64,000 nucleotides of DNA from Eledone cirrhosa (lineage: Eukaryota), in the NCBI GenBank assembly GCA_964016885.1, contig OZ024741.1, positions 315,084,001 to 315,148,000 of the forward strand, given 5' to 3'. Shown one piece after another: positions 37,971 to 51,704 of the stretch. The position numbers and the translations under genes were made by a program. The notes beneath the pieces are model-generated. The model was given only the letters and a program-made list of their open reading frames with translations, was not told where the DNA came from and searched no databases. Position 1 is the first letter of the stretch; each line of letters starts with the position of its first letter.

Positions 37971-39826
37971 GGCACTACAACGGAATTGGCTGTCAGAAGT
38001 GAAAGTAGAAAAATGTGACGTCATTCGTCAACCTTCGTTTATTTCCGTATCACCACGCGTTTATTTATGTTTATTTACGTTTAGCGTAATCGATTTGTTT
38101 TCGATTTGTTTTCAAATGAAAATATATTTATTTCTCTCTGTATATCAAATTAGAAAACAAATGAAGTTAAGTTTATAAATAAATATATGTTCTTTTTTTT
38201 CACCAACCTTATACATTTATGAAGAATATGTATCTGTTCCAATAATATGTTCAATAATGTTTCAAAAGCATGGATACAGTAAAGTGAGTACATTTGAAAA
38301 CAAATCGATTACGTTAAACATACAGAGAATACCAATCAGCACCACCAATCCAGACTCTCACACAATCCCACCAATCAGCACCACCACCACGACCACCACG
38401 TGTAAATAAATAAACTTTGAAATCACCACGTTCATGCAAAACTTGGTTTTTCACTTTGGGATAATACACATATTTGCAACTTGAAAAATATAATGAATTC
38501 TTCATTATACCACAGCGTAAATGAAATTAATCATCGCGATATTTCCATCGCTACCTCTACTACAGCAGATAGCATTAATTGGTTGAAACATCATGGAATT
38601 CTGAATACTGAAAAGGTCTGCCCTTCATGTGGTGAACGCATGATGGAAGTAGCGAAAAAAAATGTGTCAGATGGAATTATCTGGTCATGTGGAAGGCCAT
38701 GTAGAAAAAATGGTGTCTATTAGAAAAAGCACATTTCTAGAAAATAGTAAATTGAAGTGTTACCAAATAATTGACATATTGTATTATTGGGCAAATGAAG
38801 ATTTAGCCAAGGTGATTTCACAGGAATCTCGTATCGCGAATGTAGCCGTAGCAGATTGGCGAAATTTTGCCGTGATGTATGTGCAGAATATTATGTGGCA
38901 CAAAACATTAAACTTGGTGGGCCAAACCGAATTGTCGAGATTGACGAAAGCGCCTTCGTGAGAAGGAAATACAATGTTGCCCATCAGGTTAAAACACAGT
39001 GGGTCTTTGGTGCTTTGGAGAGAGATACCAGAAGATGTTTTTTAGTTGCAGTGGGAGACCGGACAGCAGACACGCTTTTAGCCATTATACAAGATCGTAT
39101 ATTGCCTGGTACGACAATAATTTCTGACCTCTGGCGCTCCTATAATACGATAAATCATTCCATCAATTTTGTTAATCCTGTAACATTTGCCACAACTAAC
39201 CACATAGAATGCTTATGGAAACATGTAAAGAATAGGAATAAAAGAGAAAACAGAACAGCCAGAAATTTGCTTCAATCCCATCTAATTGAATTCATGTGGC
39301 GGTATGAATTTAAGGGTGAAATTTTCCAAAAATTATTGGAGCATATTCGTCATACGTATCCATGCTTTTGAAACATTTCTTCATAAATGTATAAGGTTGG
39401 TGAAACAAATTTGATAACCATGACTATGAAAATATAAATGAACATATATTTATTTATAAACTTATTTGTTTTCTAATTTGATAACCATGACTATGAAATA
39501 AAGACGTGGTGAAAATTTCCAACATTTCTTCATAAATATTTGTTTTCTAATTTGATAACCATGATTATGAAATAAACGCGTGGGGATACGGAAATAAATT
39601 TGTTTTCAAATTTGATAACTATATTTAACTAAATAAATATATTAACTAAATAAATATTTAACTAAACAAATATATTTTCATTTGAAAACAAATCGAAAAC
39701 AAATCGATTACGCTAAACGTAAATAAACATAAATAAACGCGTGGTGATACGGAAATAAACGAAGGTTGACGAATGACGTCACATTTTTCTACTTTCACTT
39801 CTGACAGCCAATTCCGTTGTAGTGCC
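37971..39826 (+). mobile_element. Merlin (IS1595/ISXO2-like) DNA transposon
   Basis: ~159 bp TIRs starting GGCACTACAACGG; 8 bp TSD GAAAGCTG/GAAAACTG (one mismatch); internal DDE transposase. Confidence 0.92.
38493..39371 (+). pseudogene. Merlin/ISXO2-like transposase, two frameshifts
   Basis: CPSC...CGRPC zinc ribbon, VEIDES, RKYN, WVFG, PGTTIISDLW, HSINFVNP and TNHIECLW, split over three overlapping ORFs. Confidence 0.88.
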
Positions 39827-40165
39827 GAAAACTGAAATATAGAACGTAAAGTACAAACAACTAGTATTTTTGAAATCATATTGACTGACAAATTTCTGAA
39901 AAAAAATATATTAATGTACTTTTTAAATCCTATTCACTTCAAAATAATTTTTAGATAATCAAAATATACACAGATATGTATATAATGTGAAATGAAACTG
40001 GAAGGCACATATATAAACGTGTGTGTATGTATATATATAAATGTGTGTGTGTATACATATATATATGTATGTGTGTGTATATATATACGTGGGTGTCTGT
40101 GATCTATATGCACTGGTCATAGACGCACACACACATATACACACACACTTATATATACACACACA

Positions 40166-40211
<46 letters not shown>

Positions 40212-40248
40212 GGTAAATCACAATGCTTCAAGCAAACTTCAATACTCT

Positions 40249-40306
<58 letters not shown>

Positions 40307-40437
40307 GAGGTTATATTTAATTTGTTGGGATTTAGCAAGCGTAAACATTTTTATAACTGATATAAAGCACTCAACAAGTTAGTAGAGTAAATACACAATA
40401 TATTAATAAGTGGAAACTATATTTATAAAACCATATT

Positions 40438-40503
40438 TATTTTATTATATATATTTCAAGGGCGACCAAGGCAAATTATGGTGCGCTTTCATCAGATAAA
40501 ATA
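40438..40503 (-). ncRNA. Type I HHR in PLE-B pLTR (copies 44614-44679 minus, 44979-45044 plus)
   Basis: TATTTTAT-CTGATGA-AAGCGCACCA...TGGTCGCCCTT-GAAA-TATATA-TA-ATAAAATA. Confidence 0.8.
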
Positions 40504-42031
40504 CAGATTATCTTATAAATAAATATTGACATACCCGGAAAAAAGACAACCTCAACGGTTGAAATTCGCTGGATAGTGGAGATACATGAGGGTGATAAAA
40601 AATTAGTGAGTGAGTATGCAAATGAGTGTCGGTAAAATTGAAAAAAACAACGGTTAATTTAAATTAAACTGCTGGAAGAAAATAGATGTAATAGGGAGAG
40701 AGACAAGATAGATGTAAAAAGGAGAGAGACAAAAAATTGAGAGGGAGAGAGATAAAGAGAATAGATAAAGAGAGAGATAGAAGAAAAAGAGAAAAAGAGA
40801 AAAGATATAATATTGGGAGAGAGTGAAGGAAAGAACAAATAATTGAGATGGAGAGAGAAAGAAAAAAGTATTGTGCGGGAGAGAGAAAAGAATGTTGAAA
40901 AAGTATTGGAATAAGAGAGAGAAAAAGTAGTGAGAGGGAGGGAGAGGAAAGAGAAAGAAGGGCGAAGTGAGAGAAGAAATAAATTTATATAGATGATTAG
41001 TCAGAATGTAAATATATTATTCGTCGTTATGTTGTGTTTATATTACTTATAAAGGTAAAGTTAAAAAATTAAGTTAAATTATTGATACGAAAACTTTACA
41101 AAAGAGTATTGTTATAATTTAGTTAAAAATTTAACCAGAAATTTAATTAAAATTTAATTAGAATTTAATTAAAATTTAAATAGTTACAATAAGATATATT
41201 ACAAAAAGAAGTATTTAAAATTTATTAAGATGTATTAATACTATATATGTTTAGATGGGTATTTTATGTTATAGCTTATAAAATGTATAATATTTTGCAT
41301 TGGAAAAAAAACTAAGTATAGTTTAATTGATTAAAGTAAGTTTGGCAAAATTATATTTAGCCAGTGTTTATTAATAGTTGTAAGTCAAATCTTAAACATT
41401 TATGAAGATTTACAAGAGTTTAGAATGGAAAAATTATTTAATTAGGAGTATATATTAAAACAGTTTACAGTTTCGACTATAAATTAAGACTATAAACATT
41501 GAGATAATAAAAACAAGAAGGAGGTTTAAAGGAAGTTAAAAATGGATTATTTTTATAACCCAAATGATTCAAGGATAGATAAAAATCACTACGAAAGTTA
41601 TAAGAATTTATAAAAATTCATCTTAAAATATAATTAAGATATGATTATTATATAAGACATAATTATTGCACATATGTATAAAAATGATTGGATATATATA
41701 AAAATACATAAGTATTAAAAATATTTGGATATATAAGAAAATACATAAGTATTAAGCGTGTTTAGAATATGTAGGGGTAATGGAAATTCATATCATTCAA
41801 AAGTACCTTTCAGAAATTTTACAAAAATTTCCAGGAGGTGTTTCGAAGGAAAGTTTTAGAATTTTTCAAAATATTTTCATAACAGAATTTCTGGAGAGTG
41901 CGATGATATAAGTATTGGTTTTAAGGAGTAAATAAAAATAAAAATTAATAAGTGTACTTTATATATTTAGGAAGGTTAGAATCTATATAATCTGAGGGAA
42001 GAGATTATAGGTGTTTGGGTGGAGAAAAACG

Positions 42032-44428
42032 TTATGTAAGGAAGAATGAACATATATTACATTTTATATATATATATCTAAAAGATGAGTTTAACCGATG
42101 TTTACAAGAACAAAATAAATTATTCCGCAAATTAACAGAGCTCTTAGATTTTAGTATATAGAATATTTCCTCTACATAAAGACTACAAAATTTGGATAAA
42201 CCTGTGTAGCATGGTGCTTTGGAGACAATTTTCCAAAATAAAGAGTATTTTATATTCTTGGATTTTAAATTCCATAATAAGTTGGATAGAGAAGTTGAAG
42301 ATTTCTTGTTAATATTCGTAAAGGAACATTTATGGTTATTGAAACGAGATTTGAAGTCTGTCGAAGTAGAGCCGACATAGTTGAAGGAATTATCTTTGGT
42401 TTTGACGTTACAATAGTATAATATATTTTTAACTAAACAGTAATTATTTAAAGGACATTTAGATTTATTTCTACAATTACATTTATCGGAATTTATATTA
42501 TTGGGAGCTATATCATTATATTGGATATTGGTAGAGGTATTAATGCTATTCTGGTTAAGGTTTAAGTTTCTATTATTAATTCTATTAATATCCTGCGCTA
42601 AATTCATAGTGGTAGAGTATGATAATTTAATAGTATGTCTATTAAAGATTGAGTAATACATGTGCGTCTTAGGAAAACAGTTATCTAAAGCTTTAAAAAA
42701 TAGTTTAGCAATTGGAGTTTTAATACTTAATGAGAAAGGGGAGCGAACCATAATATATTTCTAGTTCTATTTCTTCTTTTGATTTTCGAGTTATTGCAAG
42801 CTTTCCTATTATAATTATAATTATAGTTAGGGTTAATTGGCACATACTTATTATCAATCGGTAGAGAGTCGGACACCATGCTTTGACGCATAGAGTTACG
42901 GTCCTTGCTATTCTGAGTTCAAATCTCGCCGAGGTCAACTTTGCCTTTCATCCTTACGGGGTCGATAAAATAAAGTACCAGTAATGTACTGTGTAATTGC
43001 TGGCCTTGTGCCTAAAATAGAAACAATTATTATAGCCTGCTCTACTTAAAGCATCGTTATAATAGTGTGCCTTATCTTCAAATATATTTTTATTCGCTGA
43101 GATTCTAGAGATGCGTTGCTGCACAGAATTTACAATAGTGTTTTTAACGGATCTCGGGTGATTGGAATTAAAGTTAACATAGTTTAAATTCTCATTGATT
43201 TTATGAAAAGGGTAATAAAGACCAGTATTAAGGTTTAAAGTTACATCTAAAAAGTTAACTATTTTATAATTATTCTCTACTTCTACTTTAAGATTAAGGT
43301 TATTAAAAAATTGTATAATTAGTTTCCTTTTCCAGTTGATTTCACAATTATTATTATTTTCAATAAGCAATAGCATATCGTCACGATATAAACCAGCGGT
43401 TATCTCAGGTATTTTCCTATGTAAAGTGTTGTTAATAAAAAGCCCCACAAGATCCGTTAACTGCGCCGAGTCCGATGACCCTATAGTGATATCGAAATTG
43501 TTATCCCTATCTGCTTTAGTCCAAAGGTGGTTGCTAAATTTAATTAAGCTTTTACGTGCAGTTAAGATGATGTGCATTTCATCGCTAGATAAATCAGTAT
43601 ATTTAAATGCATAAGTAAGGGCTTTATTAAGTAAATTAGGAGTGATAGATGAGTAATAGTTAGCAATATCCAATTGAATGAATTTATTGTTATGCTTATA
43701 TTTAATGTCCTTAAACCAGTCAATAACTTCATTAGTCCCATTCCATAATTTTAAATAAGATGTTTCCTTAAGTTGTGGTATGATTCTATCTAAGATATTT
43801 TTGCTAAGTATGCTAAGCTCCAATTTAAATGGTGCAATCAGTCTAACTGGTAATTCAATTTCAAAATTTATTTTATGGTCCTTCAAATTAATTTTTGGTT
43901 TCCTAGGTATGAAGGGTTGAGACCTATTTTCGATGCCTAATTCCTGCATTATATAAGAAGCTTCAGTATTTAGACGTTCAAGGTCATCATTGGTTGCTCT
44001 TTTGTAATTTTTCATTAATTCCTTCAATATAAGATTATTATAATCATCCTTTTGCATTCCATAAAGATTGTTGGTTTTATCTGATTTAACAAGAATTTTT
44101 TTCCGTTTTTTCAAAGTTTTCTATATTATTTTTGAGACTTTTGAGGTAATCCTGGCCTACAAAATGTTTTTTCTTAAATGTAATGTTTTGTATGATAGAA
44201 ATAATCTCATTTTCAAATTCCATTAATAATTTGTTGGAAGGTGGTTTCTTTTTGGATTTGAAGATTCTATCAAGATTGGAAATATTTTCTTTTCCATCAG
44301 ATTTTTTATCGAAATGAAAAGCACGCCATCTAAGTCTTCTTATAAACGAGTCCGATTTTTCGGTAAGTTCTTTTAGAAAGTCCTTATTCCTAGGTAAAGG
44401 TATGTATTTTCGAGAAGAAGATATCCAT
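42032..44428 (-). pseudogene. PLE-B RT + GIY-YIG ORF, disrupted by frameshifts and a SINE
   Basis: YIPLP...FIRRLRWRA, VKSDKTNNLY, LKDHK, FIQLDIANYYSSI, GLYRDD, NFLDVTLNL, CNCRNKSKCPL, YVGST...FKSRFNNH, CKHR. Confidence 0.9.
42830..43032 (+). mobile_element. tRNA-derived SINE inserted in the PLE-B RT-endonuclease linker
   Basis: Full-length match to 9373-9562. Confidence 0.85.
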
Positions 44429-45082
44429 TTTTAATCAGTTATAATTTAAAGCGCTCAACAATAAATGAGCTAAATATATGCAGAAGTTATATTTAATTTG
44501 TTGGGATTTAACAAGCCTAATCATTTTTATAACTAATATAAAGCACTCAACAAATTAGTGGAGTAAATACACAATATATTAATAAGTGGAAACTATATTT
44601 ATAAAACCATATTTATTTTATTATATATATTTCAAGGGCGACCAAGGCAAATTATGGTGCGCTTTCATCAGATAAAATACAGATTTGTTTTATAAATAAA
44701 TATTGACATACCCGGAAAAAAGACAACCTCAACGGTTGAAATTCGCTGGATAGTGGAGATTCTTGAGGGTGATAAAAAATTAGTGAGTGAGTATGCAAAT
44801 GAGTGTCGGAAAAATTGAAAAGAACAACGGTTTATTTAAATCAATTTTTCCGACACTCATTTGCATACTCATTCACTAATTTGTACAACCCTCAAGTATC
44901 CCCACTATCCAGCGAATTTCAACCGTTGAGGTTGTCTTTTTTCCGGGTATGTCAATATTTATTTATAAAACAAATCTGTATTTTATCTGATGAAAGCGAA
45001 CCATAATTTGCCTTGGTCGCCCTTGAAATATATATAATAAAATAATTATGGTTTTATAAATATAGTTTCCATTTATTAATAT

Positions 45083-45141
<59 letters not shown>

Positions 45142-45246
45142 GCAACACCACCAACTCTCTTCCATTCTCCTTTTCTGTCTCCTCTCCATCTCTCTATGTC
45201 TCTCACTATGTCTCTCTCTCCCTCTGCCTCTCTCTCTCGCTCTCTT

Positions 45247-45378
<132 letters not shown>

Positions 45379-45989
45379 TTAACGGAACACTGGTAACTAA
45401 CCCTATATCGCTACGGAAAGTCATTGATATTATTATAATCTCTACGTTAAACAGACCTAACCAATATGAGATTCAGTAGGAAATAATTGTGGTGGGATGT
45501 TAGAGTTATGGTAAGTGGTATACAACAAGTGTTAAGCAGCCAGTTTCCTGTTTAACCTTCAGTGGTAAAGGTTCCCATTTTATATTCGGGTGACAAGTCG
45601 ACTCCTGGTTTTGGAGAGATATGTTTAGGCTCAAAGTGTCGACTTGAACGCTGGAATATACGGCAATTATATATATATATATAATAAGGCCTCGGAACCA
45701 TATCTCAGCTAGTTAGCGAGCTCTAGTCTCTCGAACTAGTTGTTGAAAAGGCAAGAGCTCAGTCCTCGGATACTGCCTCATTATAATAGAGTCATACTCT
45801 ACTACCCCAAGTATCGTGTACTCTGTAGAGTAATGGTCTAACGAGTTTCAATCTGGTTCTATCCTGATATATATATGCTTTGAATATATATTTGGTCGGG
45901 TGTCAAGTGTAATGAAAGTCGGGTGCTGCACTATACTGCGAATAGCGGTTTTTAGACACACCAGACTAATGCAACATTAAAGCGGACAA

Positions 45990-48620
45990 AACATCGAACG
46001 TATACACCATGAGCCTAGACACCTACAACAGCTTTATATGGCGTAAACTACACAAAAAATATAGGAAAACCCTTGAAGCTACATTTGAGAATATCAACAA
46101 TGACGGGCTTACTATATTGAAAAAACTAGAACTTACTGATAGAACAGAGCCTCTACTCGATGGAGTCCCACTTTTAACCTGAAAAATCACAAAAATAACT
46201 TCGAAACGAACCCTACAATTAGACTGATATGCCCATCAAAATCCGATATAGGTAGAATTAGCAAACATATACTAGATAGGGTAATAGCACAAATCAAAGA
46301 TAAACTAAGAATAAAAGTATGGTGTAGAACTAGCGAGGGTGTCGACTGATTAAACAAAATAGACAATAAGGAAACATCTAATTTACTACAGTTCGACATT
46401 AATTATTATTACTCATCCATATCTCCAGTCATCCCAAATAAGGCACTAGATTTTGCCCTGAAAAATTCAAACCTAACTATGGGTGAAATTAGAATAATAC
46501 TAGCTGCTAGGAGAACTATCTTTAAGTTCGAGAATCATTACTGGGAACGATGAGATAAACAAAATACCTTTGACATTACTATTGGGTCTAGCGACTCAGT
46601 CACGGACATAGTAGGAGTTTATATATAGCCCACAACATACATAAGGAATTCAGTAAACTCCAAGGAGGAATTTAAAGAGACGATGCGCTAAAAACACGAA
46701 CAATCAAAGCATGGAAAGTTTACGGAAAAACATCAAGCAAAATTTTAAAAAATCAAACTTCCTAGAGGTAACACTTAATTAAAACATGGTACTAATTGAG
46801 CCATTCTATAAAAATAATGAAAACCTAACCTACATTAGTTATAACTCCAACAATCCACGCTGCATAGTTAAATCAATAGCACGCAGTATATCCCTTAGAA
46901 TATGCCGCCTGTCTTCTAATCTAAAAATATTTAAGGAACACACAAACAGATTTACGTAAGGCAGGCGACAAAGATGGGCTCAAATACATACACGATAGCG
47001 ACGACAGCAACAAATACAAACCCAGCGACAACTATGCCACCCGCCCTAATAGCAATAAAAGATATAGGACCCGACATAAGAATAAACAACAGACACATAT
47101 AATAGCTGAACAGAATACGAGCATGGGAACCTCCGGAAACTCCAGGAAATCCTAAAATAAGAGGTATTTGTGGTTCAATCCAATTTTCAACTCCTCTATA
47201 AAGACCAACCTTCAATCTATATTCTTTAATCTAATCGATAAGCACATCCCTAAACTACATAAATACCATAGAATCTTCAATAGAAAAACTATTAAGCTCT
47301 CTTACTCTACTGCAGCGAACGTAAAAAACTCTAAAAACTGTAGTCCACAATCATCACCACAACATCAAATACAAAACACAACCGCATAACAGCATCACAA
47401 CCGGCTGTCCGTCAATATATGTCACAACAAAACACAAACAGACCAGTATCCCAGCCCATCTCAAACCACAAATCGAACTATAACGAGGAACCTGCACATA
47501 GGAAGGCCTCCAAATGTAACTGCCCCCTGCCGGATAAATACCCACTACAGAATAGATGCCTGGATTCAAGTATAGTATATCTGTGCACTATTAAGTCCGG
47601 CAACCAGATGTGGTATTACATAGGTTCTACGGCTAGTAACTTAAAAAAACGATGGTATGTGCATCGGCACTCCATAGAGAACCGGAGACCCAGTAACACA
47701 ACAACGCTGGCCAATAAAATCTGGCAGCTTAAGGACAATAATCAAGGATATAAAATTAGCCGGTTGAAATTATCGCATGCAAAAGCCTATACGAACGGGG
47801 TGTCAAAATGCGGACTGCGCAATATGGAATTGCTCCATATTCTACAGTATAACAAGAAGCTACTAAACAGCAAAATCGAGCGGACAATTTTCTGTAGGCA
47901 CAAAGCCGCTAGTAAATTTTTGAATTACAAACCGAGATAAACAAGATTCGATCCAGCAACCTCATTATCCATGTAAACAATACAACTCCCCGGATTTATA
48001 GCCTCTGCAAAATTAGTGCCAACGAACCGCATTAACACCTCCTTACCACAGTTAACTGTTAATCACGTACGAGCGCAAGTTTTCTTTAACACTTCAAAAG
48101 TGACACCACCAACCATTAGAAAGCAAGAATAACCGGCACTTCCTAGGCGATTAAGTATTCCTTCTTTAAAGACACATCCCTTCAAAGCCCTTCCCTCGCA
48201 TACAGCATCAATCACCCTTCATAGTCAACATCACTATCAATCTTCACCTCTACCCATTAAGATTACACTTTTCAAAATACCCCCAATCCTAATTACCCGT
48301 CTGTTATCATTATCTCTTTGTTTTATATTTTTTGTTTTATCTTTTTATTTCATCTTATCCCACTTTATTACACTGTCACCTGTATCCTTTCGTTTCATCT
48401 CATCCCATTTTATTAAACTGTCCAATTACTTTGTACCCTCACTTCCCATCTTTACTTTCAAATCTACCGGAATATATTTACGAGCTGAAGATCCGCTAAG
48501 GAGAAACAATTGTTCTCGGTATGGTGAACTAACTGTTGTGTAACCACTTCTACCTAACTCGTCCCATGGACTGAGTGTTCTACCACTACAGATATTACCT
48601 TCCATTGTCCTACCACTATA
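45990..48620 (+). mobile_element. Degenerate Penelope-like element C
   Basis: KADKTSNVY, PTIRLICPSKSDIGRISK, LLQFDI, FDITIGSSDS, WFNPIFNSSIKTN, CNCPLPDKYPL, YYIGST, FCRHK, with many stops and frameshifts. Confidence 0.88.
48481..48518 (+). ncRNA. Minimal HHR at the PLE-C 3' end
   Basis: CGAG-CTGAAGA-TCC GCTAA GGA-GAAA-CAATTG-TT-CTCG. Confidence 0.8.
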
Positions 48621-49238
48621 TATATATATACATTTATATATTATGGAGCGAGAGACTCCTAGTCTTCATTAAGACATCTCTCCAGGAGAAAGTCACTCTG
48701 ATATAAACCTTGCCAATGATGTACACCAGTTCTACATTTTGGTCAAATGCATTCGAAGTTCAGAGAGTAGGATTGGCTCCGTGCAAAGCCTTTCGTCGCT
48801 TCACATAGCTTCATGCACAGGCATCGGTTGATGAGCGACATCTTTTTGCGCTGCATAGTATTTCTGGCCATAGGCAAATCCCTAGCATGACTGAAAAGCC
48901 ATGTCCATGATGGTCATACTTAAGTATCAAGCGATGGCATTATTCTTAATCGAGTTGCAGTCATCATATATATATATTAATAAAAGATCGGAGGCCATAT
49001 TCTGTTGATTCAGGTTTATTAAACGCAGTTATACATATTTCGCTGATGATTATCTTTTATTAATATATAATGCTCCAGCTTGCCAATTGAGCGTTTCTTT
49101 TTATCTGGTTCACAACCGACAGACCATAATGTTCAGTTAACCCCATACTCTAATTATATATATGTATAAACATATATATATATAAATCAGGAAAGAAGGT
49201 TGACATGGTTTGCTATACAAAAAAAGTTTTTAAACCCC

Positions 49239-49290
<52 letters not shown>

Positions 49291-49694
49291 AATGCAGATA
49301 GGTGACACGCGAATTGATAAGTATAATCAAATAGTAAAAAGGAGATAAATACAGTAGAAAATGCTAAAGGTTTTTTTCAGTATAACATCAAAACATTTAT
49401 TCATAAAGTAGGGATTTCCGCATTTAATCCTGTACCGGTTTCAGCTTAATATGCTTCTTCCACGACATAAGTGTATAGTGCAATTAAATTTCATATTTAC
49501 ACGAATAATGATAAAGTGGAAAATAAAAAATTAGTTTTTATATACATATTTAGGGGGGAAAGTTCATATTTTTGTCCGTAGTTTTGTTAGTGGTGACCAA
49601 CAGAGGTTGTAGCAGTTTAACTTGTTGGCTTCGACTGATGCCTTCGATTGGAGGCTTCGACTGGTAGTAGTGGAGGGAGAATCGGAAGGGGAGC

Positions 49695-49795
49695 AAGAAG
49701 AAGAAGAAGAAGAAGAAGAAGAAGAAGAAGAAGAAGAAGAAGAAGAAGAAGAAGAAGAAGAAGAAGAAGAAGAAGAAGAAGAAGAAGAAGAAGAA
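49695..49795. repeat. (GAA)n trinucleotide microsatellite
   Basis: Directly visible; explains the poly-E/R/S ORFs. Confidence 0.97.
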
Positions 49796-50212
49796 GGGGG
49801 AGAGGGGAGAAGAAGAAGGAGACGAAGGAGAAGGAGGCGACGAAGAAGAAGTGGGAGGGACAAGGAATAGGTATGGTATTAATACCAGGGCTATGGTAAG
49901 GAAGGGGAAGACGGAGAAGGGGTGGGTTTAGTAGAAGGAGAAGGCAAGCAGCTGTAGTGGTGTTGGAGTCACTGTTAATAATGGTAAAGGCAAGCTGTAT
50001 GTGGGATTGGTTTAGATGATTGAGTGACCTTAGTTTTGACTGAGGAAGTAACTGTTTCTAAACAAATCTATCTTGGTATTCCTGCAGTATGGTTGTTTCT
50101 AAGAGATCTTCCTCAAATGCTGACGTTTTTAAAGTGACCTGAACTGTGAGTGTTTCTAAGAGGTCTTCCTTAACTTTCCAGCATTTACACCACTCCACAT
50201 CTACCATTGTAA

Positions 50213-50470
50213 AGGCGCATGGCTTAGTAGTTAGAGCATTGGGCTTGAAATCAAAAGGTTGTGACTTCGATACCGAAGGATGTGTTGTGTCTTTGAGCAA
50301 GACACTTCATTTCACGTTGTTCCAGTTTACTCAGCTGTAGAAATGAGTTGCGATCTTGCCAAATGAATAGGTGGCTTAGTTCCAGCTGCACGCATTGAAA
50401 GACTTGTGTAGTGATTCTGAGAACAATGCGTCTTTGCAAATGATCAATGCAAATTGACAATAGAAAGGCG
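50213..50470 (+). mobile_element. Second tRNA-derived SINE family
   Basis: A-box TGGCTTAGTAG, B-box-like ACTTCGATACC, then TGTGTCTTTGAGCAAGACACTT core. Confidence 0.7.
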
Positions 50471-51704
50471 CCCCCGATCGAGTTAGAAGAGAACTATTGA
50501 CCTTCAGCAACCCAAACAAATATGAAGTACACTAAATCCAATGTTCCTAGGAGCAGCCCTGGTTCTTCTTATTTGCGAGTGTAAACTCGGCCAGATTAGA
50601 TTATAGACATATACCACCATATTTTCACAGTAAAGGTCCATCCTACTTAACTATCTAAGACAATATTGAGTCCATGAGACCCTGATATTATTACGCCCGA
50701 GAACAACACCCAATATCAGCATGAGTAGCCGCCTACAGCCAGCCTGAACTGAAAGAGGCGAGAGAACTCCGGCCGGACACAGCCGGTTCGAATGCCTAAG
50801 GGTTAATTTGTCCAGGGTGCTAATTTTAAAGTGTACCAGCTGTAGTTTCGTAGGAACTGATGCGTAATGTATATATGACAAAATATAATATTATTTTGGG
50901 TAAGGTGTGAATAGCTCAATGACACGTGAGGTCGAGAGTAAGTAGCAATTCAAGACCAATTGATGGCACAAAACGAATCTATTCTTATGACCTGTGAACA
51001 ACATTTCTACGTTATTAATCTGTCTAACCTCCCTAGATCTATACTAACATATATTAACGACGTATATAACCGCAATTCTAGACTCTCTTCGAACAGAAGA
51101 CTCAATTCTACAATGAGGCATGGCATAGATCTAGCTATGGGAAAACAAACATATGTACCCTCAAACCCTCTATGAGTGACATATTAATATTATTTCACAT
51201 AGTATGACTCTATATATCTCGCATAGTGTGACTCTATCTATGATATATAGAATATACAAGAAATATAGAAACGTTCAACTTAGGAGCAGAAGTACTTTCC
51301 CAAATATTTCACCACGCTTACACAACTATCTACGTCACCATATGGATTACCCACCTTCGATTAACATTACCACTGATCCACCAGTGTTCTACCGTAAGAT
51401 TTCTATCAGCGGCTCAAGCCCGATAGAACTCGCCGTGACCAACCTCTTGACTTTTTTCAAAATCTCTTTTCTGTTTCAGACTCCTTTTGTTTCCGATTTT
51501 TCGTTTATGATTTTTTTTTGTTTCTTTGTATCTTTTCTTCGTTCTCAATTCCTCACCTGTGTCTATTTATCCTCTTTGCATTCACCACCCTTTGTTTCAC
51601 TTCACCTTCATATTACCCCCTCTCATCCCTTCCACAGTCCCTCCTTTTCACTCCTCCACCGTCCCCTTTGCTTTTTCACCATCGCCTCTTCTTTGACACC
51701 CACC

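Larger units (their letters stand above)
40300..45087 (-). mobile_element. Full-length Penelope-like element B with tandem and inverted pLTRs
   Basis: Direct repeats ~40300-40660 and ~44477-44840, inverted partial copy ~44840-45087, (TA)n on both sides. Confidence 0.92.

Noticed and set aside
49424-49465. Minus-strand HHR-like motif ending GAAA-CCGG-TA-CAGGA
   Set aside because: Core and stem I are too degenerate
49564-49899. Poly-Glu, poly-Arg and poly-Ser ORFs
   Set aside because: (GAA)n microsatellite
50213-50285. Possible tRNA gene
   Set aside because: No complete cloverleaf, and it continues into a SINE body
50960-51350. ORF containing VINLS as a host exon or PLE N-terminus
   Set aside because: A single short motif with no supporting domains or splice pattern
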